From Azolla caroliniana (lineage: Eukaryota; Plantae; Polypodiophyta): a stretch of 64,000 nucleotides of DNA. Below, one piece after another: positions 1 to 12,513 of the stretch. How positions within the stretch are numbered: position 1 is the stretch's first letter; the number at the start of each line of letters is the position of its first letter. The notes beneath the pieces are model-generated. The model saw only the letters and a program-made list of their open reading frames with translations. It was not told the DNA's origin and searched no databases. The stretch spans positions 7,750,001 through 7,814,000 of the forward strand of contig JBHGNT010000006.1 of assembly GCA_043228905.1 (NCBI GenBank), written 5' to 3'. Position numbers and translations under genes: made by a program.

Positions 1-362
1 AGCACACCATTTAAAAATGTGCTTATTTTGCTTTTAGACCATTATTGGCGTTGTATATGCCATGTATATAATTTTACGTTATGGAAGCTTTCTTGTATAT
101 CAGCTTGCCACTCTCTTAACAGACAGGTCATAAATATATCCATACAACTGTAATATGTTAGATGTCTGTATGATAATTCCGCTGGCCCAAGCTCACTTGC
201 AAATAATGTGCCAACTATTTTTGTGTCATTGCTTAGGGATGATGATGAAAGTACCTGCATACAAAGCCCACGATGCAGTGAAAATATAGTTGTCTTCTTT
301 TTGTGACTCATCAACACTGTTTTAGTTGGTTGAAATATTTGGCTCTTTTATGTGTTTTGTAG

Positions 363-3300
363 ATTGCTGATTCAAAGACTGGAAGCAACAAGAAATGAAC
401 TCCGTAATAAAATTGCCAAAGAAGTATGTGATGTCCTGAGTATTGCTTTTGAATATTGATGTGTAACTCCTATCTAATGATAACATCCTCTGGGTGTAAG
501 TAGGCAAAAGGAAATGCTGCATTACAGCAAAGTTTGGAACGACGGAAGCATGCACTTCATGAACGTCGTCTGGTTCTCGAACAAGATGTAAGTGTCTTTG
601 TTCTTTTCTTGTTGAGGTATTCAGTCTTATCTTTGTTCTGAATTTGATCCTAGAAAAAAGCTTCATATGTCTGTTATATTTGTGCTAATAAATTTACAAA
701 ACTCTTATTCACAAAGGTGGAAACTAAAAGTTATAACTGAAATTGAAAATAAAAAAGTACCAGCACTTCATCAGACTCAAAATGTTCACATCTCCAAAGG
801 CATCTTCCCAATTTTCAGCTATAGTCAAAAGTACGAGTGCTTCATGTTTATGGGTGGGGGGTGGAGCCAAGATCGGCTCCACCCCCCTCCCAAGGGGGTT
901 TGAGTGTGAGAGGAGAGAGGGAGAGATGAGATGCACAGAGAGAACGAATGAGAGAGAGAGAGAATCAAGACAGACACAATTTAGAGTAACTTTGATATCA
1001 TTTTTTCATGCCCCATGAGTGAGGATTTATATAATAGAAGGATCTTTACAAAAAGCCGAATGGACGTAGGTACACCTACTTACCTCACCTAACACTCACA
1101 CATTCACATTTCATATTACACCTCATACACCACCTTCCACATTACACCTAACCCTCCCGTACACCTATACGGGTAACACTTCATCAGACTAAAAAAGTTC
1201 ACATCTTCAAAGTCATCTTCCTAATTTTCAGCTATTATCAAAAGATATGATCATGATCCTCACTGATTTCGCTGGATGTTCAACTTGATTCACAAAACTT
1301 CAGTGAAATTATTAAATAGTCCAATAAGAAATAGCACTATTTATCTTTGTCTGTTGCTCCCTTTGAGTTCTCACGATTGGGTTAATAAGATTGTAGTAGA
1401 AAGAAGACGGCCATTAATTCAATCTTATGGAATCGTCTCTCACCTTAACAGGAATGTTGAACAACCCCAATAATCATTATCAAGTAGAATCAGAAGCTTT
1501 TTACCCAAAAAAGATCGATCACATGACTGAGATACTCAAAAACATAGAGGCCTGAGCTTCATGGTCTCTGGCCTCTTGTGGCAGATCACTAACTTCTGCA
1601 TTCTCCCACTACTACAATCTGTAATAATCACCCGCTCAAAATCTCTACATGAATCTGTAATAACACACATCTTCACTCTCCCACTACTACAATCTACAAT
1701 CTACTTTTTTAGACTGTTTTCAAGAGCCCTATTGTTTTCTGTAACTCGTTGAACCCAATGTATGAATACTGCCAAAATGATATCAGTCACTTAGGTTCTT
1801 GCATAAAGTCTCTTCCCCAATCTCAAGTGATGCTAGATAACCTATCATTTCAAAATGAAAGTGCATGTCATTACATCTAGGGAACCCTAATACATGTGAC
1901 ATTCTCAATACATCAGGCTTTGGCTTCAAACATTCTAGTTGGATACTTTTCCCCACTTTTTCTGTTTTTCTGTTTCGAAACTTCTGGCCATATAATGTTA
2001 TTTCACGTTATTCTCGAGTCTTATTTACATGTCTAGCTTTGATTTGTAAATTGGTTCTCAAAGATGAGATAATTTTTAAGATTTAATTCCTCTTTTGGTC
2101 TAATAGGCCATTTTGGCCTCCTAGAAAACATTAATATAGTTGTGGAGTATACAATGGCATGATTAATTTGGATTCTTTTGCATCCCTAGAGGAAGTCACA
2201 CAAGGGTTGTCAAAGTCATTGCATTATGCTGCCACAAATGGCTTTCCTGACACCACAGTTGGCAATGTTTGCCCATGCGTGGTAGAGCCACACAAAGTAG
2301 TTGGTATGATGAGGAATGTTGTGATACAAGGAGATGCTTGCAACAAGAAGTGACCTGGAGATTTATACACACAAACAAGGAAATGCACCCTTCCAACCCC
2401 TTGTGAGGAAGCAGATGAAATTATATTTGGCTAGATTTGAACCAGAGGGGTACCAGTTGTTTATTGAACAAGAGTGTAAAAGAGCATGAAAAAATGTGTT
2501 GTGAGAGGCAGTTTAGCACACATGTGACCTCACCACAGGCTTGACATGAATATGCAAAGGTAATCTATGACATTCCTGAGCAACTTCGCTCTTCCACCCA
2601 CATGGTTCACGCCCATGTGAATCCACTTTTTTTGCTCCACTTAAGGGGAGAAATGCCATTGATTAGTTACAATTTGGAAAAGCCCAAGACCATGACAGAT
2701 TGGTTGGTGAGCATGTACTCTATGCATGTAAGACTTTTCTTCTGCTTCTTGGACACATCTTTAATAGAGCTATGTGTGAAGGTTTCCCTTGTAGCTAGAC
2801 AGAACATACCATTTTTCTAATTTTCAAGAGTGCTGATCTGATGATACCTAGAAAGTGCTTCTTGGACACATCTTTAATAGAGCTATGTGTGAAGGTTTCC
2901 CTTGTAGCTAGACAGAACATACCATTGTTCTAATTTTCAAGAGTGCTGATCTGATGATACCTAGAAAGTATAGGACTATCATGATAAGCCATTACTTGGC
3001 CAAACTATATGGTTTGATCCTAAAGTCAAAATTGAATGTATGGGCAGAGGGAATTGAACGTTCAGCTGGACAAACAGATTTCCGAGAAGGGTTCATAATT
3101 TTGAATCACATATTGACCCTTCTGTTACTTTATGGATGTCTGGAAAGCCTTCGATGTAGTATGGTATGCTTAGCTCATGTTAGCAACTAGGAACCTGTGA
3201 CATCTCGGCAGATATTCAATGGGGTCTCTATGCACTTTTATTGGCTGTCAGAGGTCGTGGCTAGCATGATTGGATTAAAACAAGGATGTCCACTATTGCT

Positions 3301-6300
3301 CACTCTTTACGTTCTTTACATACATGAGATATCTAATTACATAGGTAGTTTGTGTGATTTGGGTGCATCCTTAGCAATGATAGCCAGACCGTTATTACAA
3401 TATGCTGGTGACATTGTTTTGGTCTCTGACTCTCCGGAGGGACTACAAAGACATCTAAATACTTTAAAGCCATTTTTTACAGATAAAGATTTGTAAATAA
3501 ACCTTGGTAAAACTAAATTGGTAAATCACAGATAATGTGATTAGAACTAGATTTCCTCGTGGAAGAGGCATATACACAGGTAATGTGATCCTAGTCATTT
3601 CTCGGAGTAACATTTGCGGGGCCTTGGTTCTCCCTATAGAAGGCTGCCAATGCGTGACTTTCTTGTGGACATGCAGCCCTCAGTGCACTTGAAAGACAAT
3701 ATGCACATATCCAATTCCAAGAAACGAAAACTGAATTATGGTTATTTGATAAACTTGCAACATTGACCCTTCTCTATGAAATAGAAATTTGAGAACTAAA
3801 CCTTCTTGATGGAGAGACTTTTAGTCTTGATAACTGCACATATGATAATGAGCAAAGCATTGGTGGCTCCATGATATAAGGGCGGATCAGTATCAAATGG
3901 ATTTGGGAGCTCCTTAAGCAAAGGTACTCAAGTCTGGCACCTATGTCATTAAAACAACTTGTTGAAACATGAAGATAATCAAACATGAAGATAATCATTG
4001 TTGGTATCTTGAAATGCAAAGATGTTTCCAGTCACATGCCATAATTATAAAACCACTACCTCTATTATAATATAACTTAGATTGTCCACACTTGAACTTC
4101 ACCAAAGGGGAAAATAATAGAGTCTTTCAAACTGATATCATTGAATTAAATAAAGAAAGAAAATAGATCAACTCCACTATGTCTTTTGGTAGGTAGATGG
4201 CCCACTATAAGGCATTATTATTACATGACGCAGGATGGAAGACTTCTTATATGGATGTACATCAACATCATGGTGTTTGTAGTTTAATAATGCAGTGCAG
4301 AACCTCTTAACACCAGTTAGAGATTGAGATAGACAAATATACCAATTGTATTATCAGGGAAGAACACTATGTTTGCCATTGTGCTGTTTTTTTATTAAAT
4401 AAGAGGGAGATACCGCTTTCACCTTTAACAAGCTTTGAGCCTCTACCCAATTTAATGGAATATGAAGACCAACAATGTTTAGTACTGTTCCTGGTTGAGC
4501 ACAAGAGACATAGAAGAAAGAAAGAAAGAAAGCTGTGTTAACGTCTTTTAAGAGAGGTCAAAATGGCCTATAATACCAAAAAATCTTTGAGAACAGACCA
4601 AAATAAATACAACTAAACATGCTGTACTAAAGAATCTATATATCTATAGAGTGAAGTTGTTGTAGGAAAACAATCCAACCACAACAACTCATTAACTAAG
4701 ATTCATCTTGACTTTCTGTAGCTCTATCACTAATCATGCTACAAGTCAATTAAGGGCTAGACAAGTGGGTCTTGCTTTGAACAAGAGTCGAGAGGCTTTC
4801 CCATTGTGCTGTGCATGTAGGCCATGCCATTTTGACCACGTTCCCATCACCCTTGTATCAACAAATAAAGGTCATAATCTCCTGGCACCAAAGGTGCTTC
4901 CCTCACTTTGAACATCTCTTTGTGTTGAGTTGGCCCACATTGGAAATCTTGTCGAGGCAGATGTTTCAGTCTATCTAAATTCAGAATCATTAGTGCTTAG
5001 CTAACTAGATTCTTTAGTACCCTATATTTATATTTATATGCTTTGCTCTCAAAGACAAGACAACATTTTAAGCTGTTATTCCTTGTTTGGTCTCTTAAAA
5101 ACGTTAATTTATCTTTCTCATTTTTTCTCACACCATAGGACACCATTTACACAAATCAGGGGATGGATTCATAACCAGGCTAACTATTTTCACAACAGAA
5201 TTGCTGATTTGCCTGTAAAGGCCTTTTGTTATGCTCATTATTTCTTTTTGTTGTAAACAATGATAGCAAATAGACTATTTCTGGTTCATGCCTGATCATT
5301 GCTTTAGCTTGTAACCTTAGAATTTTTCCTTCCTAAAGAAGATGCAAGTTGCACTTTTAATTAGACATTTGAAATTCAGCCACTATCGCAGATGACCATG
5401 CCATTGGATTTTTATGTAGAAAAACTGAAGCCTTATTATTAGGCCCAAAAAATCCTTGTTGCGGTTTGTAAGCTTGTGCACATATCTTTTGATTAAGTGT
5501 GTATGTAAGCACATTCACAAAGAAACTAGTTATTGATTAGATGATTGTGATTTGATGTAATGCAGGTTACAAGATTGCAAGACCAGCTACAAGCTGAGAG
5601 AGAACTTCGATCTTCCTTGGAGGCTGGGCTAGCAGTGTCAACATCTCAATTCCCATTATCTCACAATCTGGACTCTAAGGTCTTGCTATACGTTTTTCCT
5701 CAGAGTTCAACTTTTCTATTGAGCTAATGAATGCAACCACATTTTTAAAAAGTATTGCCCATTTATGATTAGATGAGACATTCCTTGAGCTCATGTTTTT
5801 CCTCAGAGCTCCACTTTTCTTTCAGCTAATGACATGAGAAATGAATGTGATACCACATTTTTAAAGGAAGTAGTACCATTTTATGATTAGATTAGACTCG
5901 GGTAGAGATTGAGGAGATAGCAGCTGCAGAAGAAGATGTTGCTAGACTAAAGCAGAGAGTAGCAGAATTGCATGCACAATTAAGTCAGCAACGTCAACAA
6001 CATGGAAGCCCACTGCCAGTTGTGCACGAGAACTACCGTCGGGGCAACAGTCAACAGTAAGTAAAATTTAATGCACGAAAATTTTAAGCTGACAATAAAT
6101 GTGCGTTTACTAATATGGGAAACCTATACCAAGTATTCCAAAGACATAATGTTGTCTAACTTGATTTCATAAATAGTTCAATTAGCGTCACCTTGACTTA
6201 ATGGGGATGCATGTTTTCTTTGATTTTGTAGGAACAATTCACATCTACAAGAAAGTTCTTATCAAGAAAGCAAGCTCAATATGGAGGTAATTTAAATTAA

Positions 6301-8966
6301 TTCTTTGGATAACTAAGAATATACCAAATATTCAAGGTCATGTTTCATAGGATTGCTGTATGGATCCAACAATAAATGTCTTTGAATTAGGTTGAAAGTA
6401 AAGTTCTGGAAGTTGGACTGTGTTAAATGATATGTCTTTATATTCTGTTAAAACAGTGTAGTAACGTAATTCCATCTTCATCCCAGGGAAACTTAATCTT
6501 GCTATATGACACTTGTATGGTCGATGAAATGATTTGATGTTCAATTAGCGAGGTTGTAGATATACACGGATCACCTTTATGGCTTTCTAATGCTCTGCCT
6601 AGTTTGAATAGGAATAGTGAAACTACTGTTTTCACCTATTAATTTTTTTTTCTGAATAGGAATAGATATGACTATTAGAAGAAACTACCTTTTCCCCTGT
6701 TAAATTCTAGCACGACATGTCATTGAAAGTCAAGATTCTTGCTGGTGACAATACAGCAGGTGTTATCCGATCCACCTAAGGTAGCATCCTGGAGATATAA
6801 CTTCTGATTGATCGGATTCTCTATTCTAATCTTTATCAAGACCATTTCACCATATTATTATGAGATACGAGTTATCATTCCATGACACCAAAGGCACATT
6901 CCCCACTTTAGCTGCTGGCTTACCCGTCCAGAAGTTTTTTTCATCCTTTTACAATTTTTTTCACATAAGACATGCTGGCTCACTAGAAAGATAATTCTGG
7001 CCTTTCGAAGATGTTAATGCACCATTTCATCTGTTTCTCTCTTTTTCAGTAATGCTTATGTGTTTGACTGCAGTTACGCAAATTGGATCTTGTAGTTTTT
7101 ATAAATTATTGGTTTGATATGCCTTCCAAGTCATTCTATGGACATAAACTGACAAAGACCCAAATTGATCTTTAATGCGAAACTTGTGCTAACACATCTA
7201 ATGTGATTGACAGGGTCAAAATCGAAATGATCAGACTTCTGCTTTGGAGCAGCTTGTAATGCAACAGAGAACTGCCTTACAGGAGGCCAAGGTTCATATC
7301 TCATTGTTATTACTGCCATTATATTAAGTCAATTTTGATTCTTATATCCCATTACCTTGTTTTCTTCATAAGATTGAGCAACATGGGATACTGCTGCACA
7401 TGCAGGAGGCACTTAAATTCGAGAAGGAGAGGGGCTGGAACATGAGGCGGCCAGTGGCGACATCTGAGCAAGATTCAATGATTGGTAATGATTGGAGAAC
7501 AGCGAGGCCTCCAATAGTACCACTTGTGAATGGAAAACAGCAATTCCTGTGGAGACGGAGGCATGAATCATCAACAAGCAATCCTAACTCTAGGAAGCCA
7601 CAAACAAATACATACACACATGTTCCAGCAGAAGTGTTGGTCTCTTCTTCTGGTGCAAGTGATTGTGATTCCAGTGATATAGGTGCCCAAAGTGTAGGGA
7701 AATATTTCGTAGACATTGAGGTACGTCCTTATATTCTTGGGTAAAACTCTGAAATATCCTTGTGAATCTTTATTTGTCCAATGTCTTCAAGGTTTTACTA
7801 TATCCCCAAATGCCCTGAAGGTTTTGTTATTTCCACAAAGAGCAATTAGATGCACTATTTGGGCAAGTATATGATTACTTCATACCCTTCTCAATTAGAT
7901 GTGCTATTTTGAGCAAATATAATGGTCATTCATCCCTTTTTTCTGTCTCGATGGTTTATGGGGGGAAGGGTATTTAGGCAAGTAACAAAAATATAGGAAC
8001 ATTTGGGGAAAAAACGAAGTGAGCGTTATTTGGGATTATTTCCCTCTTTATTTCATGAATTGTCAGTGTATCTAACTTTTTGTCCATAAACAAGTCGAAG
8101 TGCATATATTATTATTCTTTAGTAAATAGTGGAAGTATTTATAGAAGGAACCCAAGTTATTCTCTCATACTTTTTAGCTACAGTTTCATTGTCAAGGTTT
8201 TCATATAATTATCTAATACTACCTGTGAGAGTAGTGGTATGCATTGAATACTCACTTTTGGGCCATTGCCAGTTCATAATACAGGCATCCTTTGTTTTTT
8301 GATGAGTACCACATGTTCTGACAAGCTTCTAGCTTCTCTAAACTCTCTATTACTCTTTTATTTAGTTAAATCTCTGTCATTCTTTCTATATTATTAGTAC
8401 TTCCCCTAAAGGCATTGGGTCTCCAACATTGGAAGAGGTTTGACTTTTGATTTACCCTCAATTACTCTTATCACTCTTTGCACTTGATTTTACTTGACTT
8501 CCATTTACACAAAGATTTTCGTATACTTTAAGAACTCTGTATGATTAGTGTCTTCTACTTCTACTTTATTCTCTATCATGACACCCTTTTCTATTATTTT
8601 TATTCTCTCCACCACTCTTTCTTTCTATTTTGATCTCTTTATCATGCTTGTCTTACTTGTACTTGATTTTTCATCACTCTTTTCCTCTATTTTCAATTCA
8701 TCATCACTCTTGATCACTTTTTAATCCCTGCCCTCAGGCACTCATGATATTGCATTAATTGTTAACAGACTCCAAATAGTTCAGTGAATGAGCGTCATGC
8801 AGCTGCATCATCAGCTCTTGCCGAGCTGACAACAAGGCTGAACTTCTTCAAAGAGAGAAGATCACTCTTGGTGGAACAACTTCAGAATCTGGATTCCACT
8901 TTAACTCCGAGCCTTGTAGATGGCTTTATGTATTCTTCTTCACCACCATGGACACGCCCTGGATAA
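363..8966 (+). CDS. Rho GTPase-activating protein of the REN1/ROPGAP7 (PH-RhoGAP-coiled coil) family, 3' part; 5' exons lie outside or are unrecognised
   Basis: GT-AG exons in continuous frame: 363-423 (LLIQRLEATRNELRNKIAKE), 504-587 (AKGNAALQQSLERRKHALHERRLVLEQD), 5566-5679 (VTRLQDQLQAERELRSSLEAGL), 5896-6056 (TRVEIEEIAAAEEDVARLKQRVAELH), 6232-6286, 7214-7291, 7373-7720, 8769-8966 (SSALAELTTRLNFFKERRSLLVEQLQNLD, TAA). These motifs match the Lzipper-MIP1-type coiled coil and C-terminus of plant ROPGAP7/REN1 as I recall them. Confidence 0.88.
845..1178. mobile_element. Solo LTR (334 bp) in a RhoGAP intron
   Basis: Begins TGTT (845), ends AACA (1178), and is flanked by an identical 5-bp TSD CTTCA (840-844, 1179-1183). 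Confidence 0.8.
2130..4530 (+). mobile_element. Decayed non-LTR retrotransposon (LINE) reverse-transcriptase remnant in a RhoGAP intron
   Basis: Broken ORFs carry RT motifs: YRTIMISHYLAKLYG...GQTDFREG..NHILTL (2954-3190) and GLKQGCPL...LQYAGDIVL (degenerate YADD; 3197-3496), followed by NLGKTK and FLGVTF. Many stops and frameshifts; (GAAA)n near 4512-4532. Boundaries approximate. Confidence 0.75.
2743..2968. repeat. Near-perfect 113-bp tandem duplication inside the LINE remnant
   Basis: TGCTTCTTGGACACATC...CCTAGAAAG occurs at 2743-2855 and again at 2856-2968. Confidence 0.9.
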
Positions 8967-10971
8967 TCTTGCCATTCCTCAACTTTGTGGGTCTTCACTA
9001 TTTGATCATTGTATCCTAGCGTGAACAGTAGTATTCTTCTGTTATAGATGCACACAGATTTTTATCGCCCAGTTTTTTTATCTCCCTTGGAGTGCATAAT
9101 TCATGTTGTAAAGTATAATATCAGAGGGCATCTTCTAGTTCTGAGGGCATAAGTAGTCTTTTGCTCCCTTCTCATTCTCAATATTAGGGATCATTTTTTA
9201 TTTTAACTCTGTAAAACATTTCACTTTCATTTATAGGAAATATATTTTGTTAGATGGAATAATTTTTGTTTCTTTGCTTGGTTATGCTTATTGTTTGAAG
9301 CAAAAGATACTCTAAAATTGTATGACGTGAAAGTTGAACCCAACACCATCCAATCAAACACTATGTTTATTACTTTTTAATCTGCCATGTGTTTTTTGTA
9401 TTCTTATTTTTTTGGAGGTATGATCTAGCTTTTACATTGATACTGTTGATGTAGGTTCAAACTTGAGTTCCATATTTCATTCCCAAAAGTAAACCATGGT
9501 TGTAAAATCTAGCATGCTGGAAATTGGAACTTAAAAAAAAACATCTGAGTTAGACATTATGTAAGTTTTCAAAACATATGTTGATACTTCATGAAGGAAA
9601 TGTGATGCATCCCATTTTCGAAGCCATTTCATTATATCACATCCATTCGAAACCCAAAACTTTGCTTTACCATGTCTTTTGAATCTTTTCATTTGCTAGG
9701 AACTCGAGGTTTTTTTAAAACCTTAAGCATGTACTCAACCACCCTTCCCATGGCTGTAATCTGTATGGGAAGTGATTTTGTCTTAAGTTGGATCGAGTCT
9801 TCAACATGCAAATTCCAAAACACAATGCTAATACTTGGCAAATGGTTTGTTGGTTGGTATATCCCATGTTTTCGTGGATTTACCAAACCCAAATGTTGAT
9901 AGATTCCACTTTAGGTGCTCCCTCATCGGAATTTGATGTAATCTCCTCACGTTCCTTCGGGTCCCACCTCACTTCGTTTGACTTGACATTTCTCCCTTCT
10001 TGGTCTAGTTGGTGGTGACTCGTCAGATGGGTGGTTCTATCCACAATCGATTGCCTATCATTATCATTCGTTGATATCCCAACCTTCTTACACCACAAAA
10101 TTCAAATCCAACCATATTACAAAAGCCATACATTTTATCAATCACATAAAAATCAATCTTGAAGCTTTATACTTGCATAAGAATAATTTCCAATTGCAAT
10201 CTAGGCCTTCATCTTCTCCATATGTTCTTCCTTTTTCGAATCATATATTGCCATCTCATCTGCCATGGACTAGACCATGAATTTTGACTCGGTGCCACCT
10301 TAGAGTTCAATCGAACTCCATTGGAAGTAGGCTGCCACCCTTATCTTAAGCTTCCTCGTGAATGATTGATGATTTCATGTGTATTTTACCTTGGGGTCCA
10401 TGAACCGCTTTAGTGATTGGTGTTGCTCATAGTTGTTGAAGAATATCATGCCATTGCTCCTAGAGTACCTTGCTCCTCTTCCTCTATCCGAAGGCCTCTT
10501 GGAAGCACTACATTGATGCCATGTACCTTCCACAAATGTGCCTCCATCTCTTATTTCTTTTGAAACCATAATTGCTCTCACCAACATGACTCGTGCACTA
10601 TACATGATTGAGATTTGATCCTCATTGAATCTTGGCCACACTTGAAGAGTCAAAGTGGGTCAAGTAAATTTGGTGTGACATATGCATTACAATTGTTGGT
10701 CAATATATACATAACTATTGTAAGATTACAATGATGTACATGAACTCACCTTTTGGAGGAGCATCTTCCTCTGATGGGGCATTTTCTAGCATGGGGTCCA
10801 ACCGAAGACCTTTAACTGTCAGTGTCGTCTCCATGTTGTTTCAGCCTCCATCTTCGTGACTGTGTTGTTTCTATGACCCCTTCTAACAAAAACCTTGCAA
10901 CCAAAACCAAGGTTAGCACACATGCATCACTATCGTTAAAAAACAAGTACCCTGCTATACATTGTTCAAAT

Positions 10972-11421
10972 TTCCGAGGGGAGTATGGTCACCACCAAGA
11001 GTGGAGCCTGTAACTCAATTTGACTCAACACGGGGAAACTTACTAGGTCTAGACATAGTAAGGATTGGTAGATTGAGAACTCTTTCTTGATTCTATGGGT
11101 GGTGGTGCATGGTTGTTCTTAGTTGGTGGAGTGATTTGTATGGACAATTCTATTAACGAACGAGATCTCAACCCACTAACTAGTTACACGAAGGATCCTC
11201 TTCATGGCCAATTTCTTAGAGGGACTATGCCATCTAGGCCATGGAAAGTTTGAGGCAATAACATGTATGTGATGCCCTTAGATGTTCTGGGCCGCACACG
11301 TGCTACACTGATAAATTCAACGAGTTTACCACCTGAACCGATAAGTTTGGGTAATCTTTTGAAATTTCATCGTGATGTGGATAGATCATTGCAATTATTG
11401 ATCTTCAACGAGGAATTCCTA
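10972..11421 (+). pseudogene. Decayed 18S (SSU) rRNA gene fragment, ~450 bp of the 3' major domain
   Basis: Colinear conserved 18S blocks: GGGAGTATGGTC, AATTTGACTCAACACGGGGAAACTTAC, TTGATTCTATGGGTGGTGGTGCATGG, TTCTTAGTTGGTGGAG, TTTGAGGCAATAAC, GATGCCCTTAGATGTTCTGGGCCGCAC, AACGAGGAATTCCTA. Many C>T/G>A changes and a ~35-nt deletion near 10990. Confidence 0.92.
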
Positions 11422-12513
11422 TGAGGAAGTGATATACCTCCCTTCATTGTGACATGCATCACCCCACTTGGCATCAAACATTTTGAAGTCTTTGGACCTG
11501 GCAGCCATCTATACAAGCAATCTATCTACAACTAATATTCCAACCATCAAACATTTTAATAGTTTTAACATACCATTTGAACATTTAAACCATTTGGAAT
11601 CGCAAAACCCCTAATCTTCAAACTATTTTTTCAAATAACAACAAAAGAGATATAAATAAACTTAAAAAACAAAAAATTTAATGACATTCCCGTCATTGAT
11701 TATTAGAAAATGTTGAAAGTTCAAAATTGAAACGCTGCTTCTAGAAAAAAAGCACAAAACCTTATCCTTATTCATATTCAAATGTATAAAAACTCCCAGA
11801 CATGGAGGTGCTTGATGCAACATTGGGTGGATCTCCCTTTTTAGAAAGGGATAAGTTTTTCCCCAAAAACATAAACTAAATAAACTGCAAAATACCTTTT
11901 TAAAAAAGAACACGTTATTCCATCGGAAGGGTGCCTAACTAATGTCAACATATTCTTGAAGTTTGGATTTGAAAAGTCACTCTCACACGTTCTTCTTCAA
12001 TACAATTTTATCAGATTTTCTTCTTCTTTATAAATATATTTTGCAGCAACTAGCAAGGTCTGAATTGGAGTTTAAGCAATAATAGTATGACATTTAATTG
12101 AGACAGATACAAAATGTGTAGTTTAGCAAAATACTCGGTTTCAAAATTTTGCTCCCGCTATAACGATTTCCATCAAAAGAAGAATGTGATTGGAATTTCA
12201 CTAAATGATAAATTATTTTGAGGGAACATCGTATGTAACATAAAGTTATACAACCCATTTTAACAGATTTAACATACCATCTGAACATTTTAACCATTCG
12301 CAATCGCAAAAACCCTAATATTTCAAACTACTTTTCAAATAGCAAAAAAAAGAAAGAACGCAATTTAAAACATACTTGATAAGTGAGCAGGTGGCGATGG
12401 AAATTTAGTGAATGTTGATGGTTGTCAACAATCCCTCCTGAAACCACAATCTTTGATTTCAAAAATGTTGAACAATCTACAAGGATCAAGATTTTATACT
12501 CTAAACCCTTATA

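Noticed and set aside
8330-8740. Pyrimidine-rich stretch with recurring TCATCACTCTT-like words in the last RhoGAP intron
   Set aside because: Low complexity with no definable unit length or function.
9600-10950. Possible retroelement coding remnant
   Set aside because: The short ORFs lack identifiable gag, protease, RT or integrase motifs; mentioned only as context for the rDNA fragment.
10972-11421. Functional 18S rRNA gene or contamination
   Set aside because: Only about a quarter of the gene, with a deletion and many substitutions in normally invariant positions; reported as a pseudogene fragment instead.
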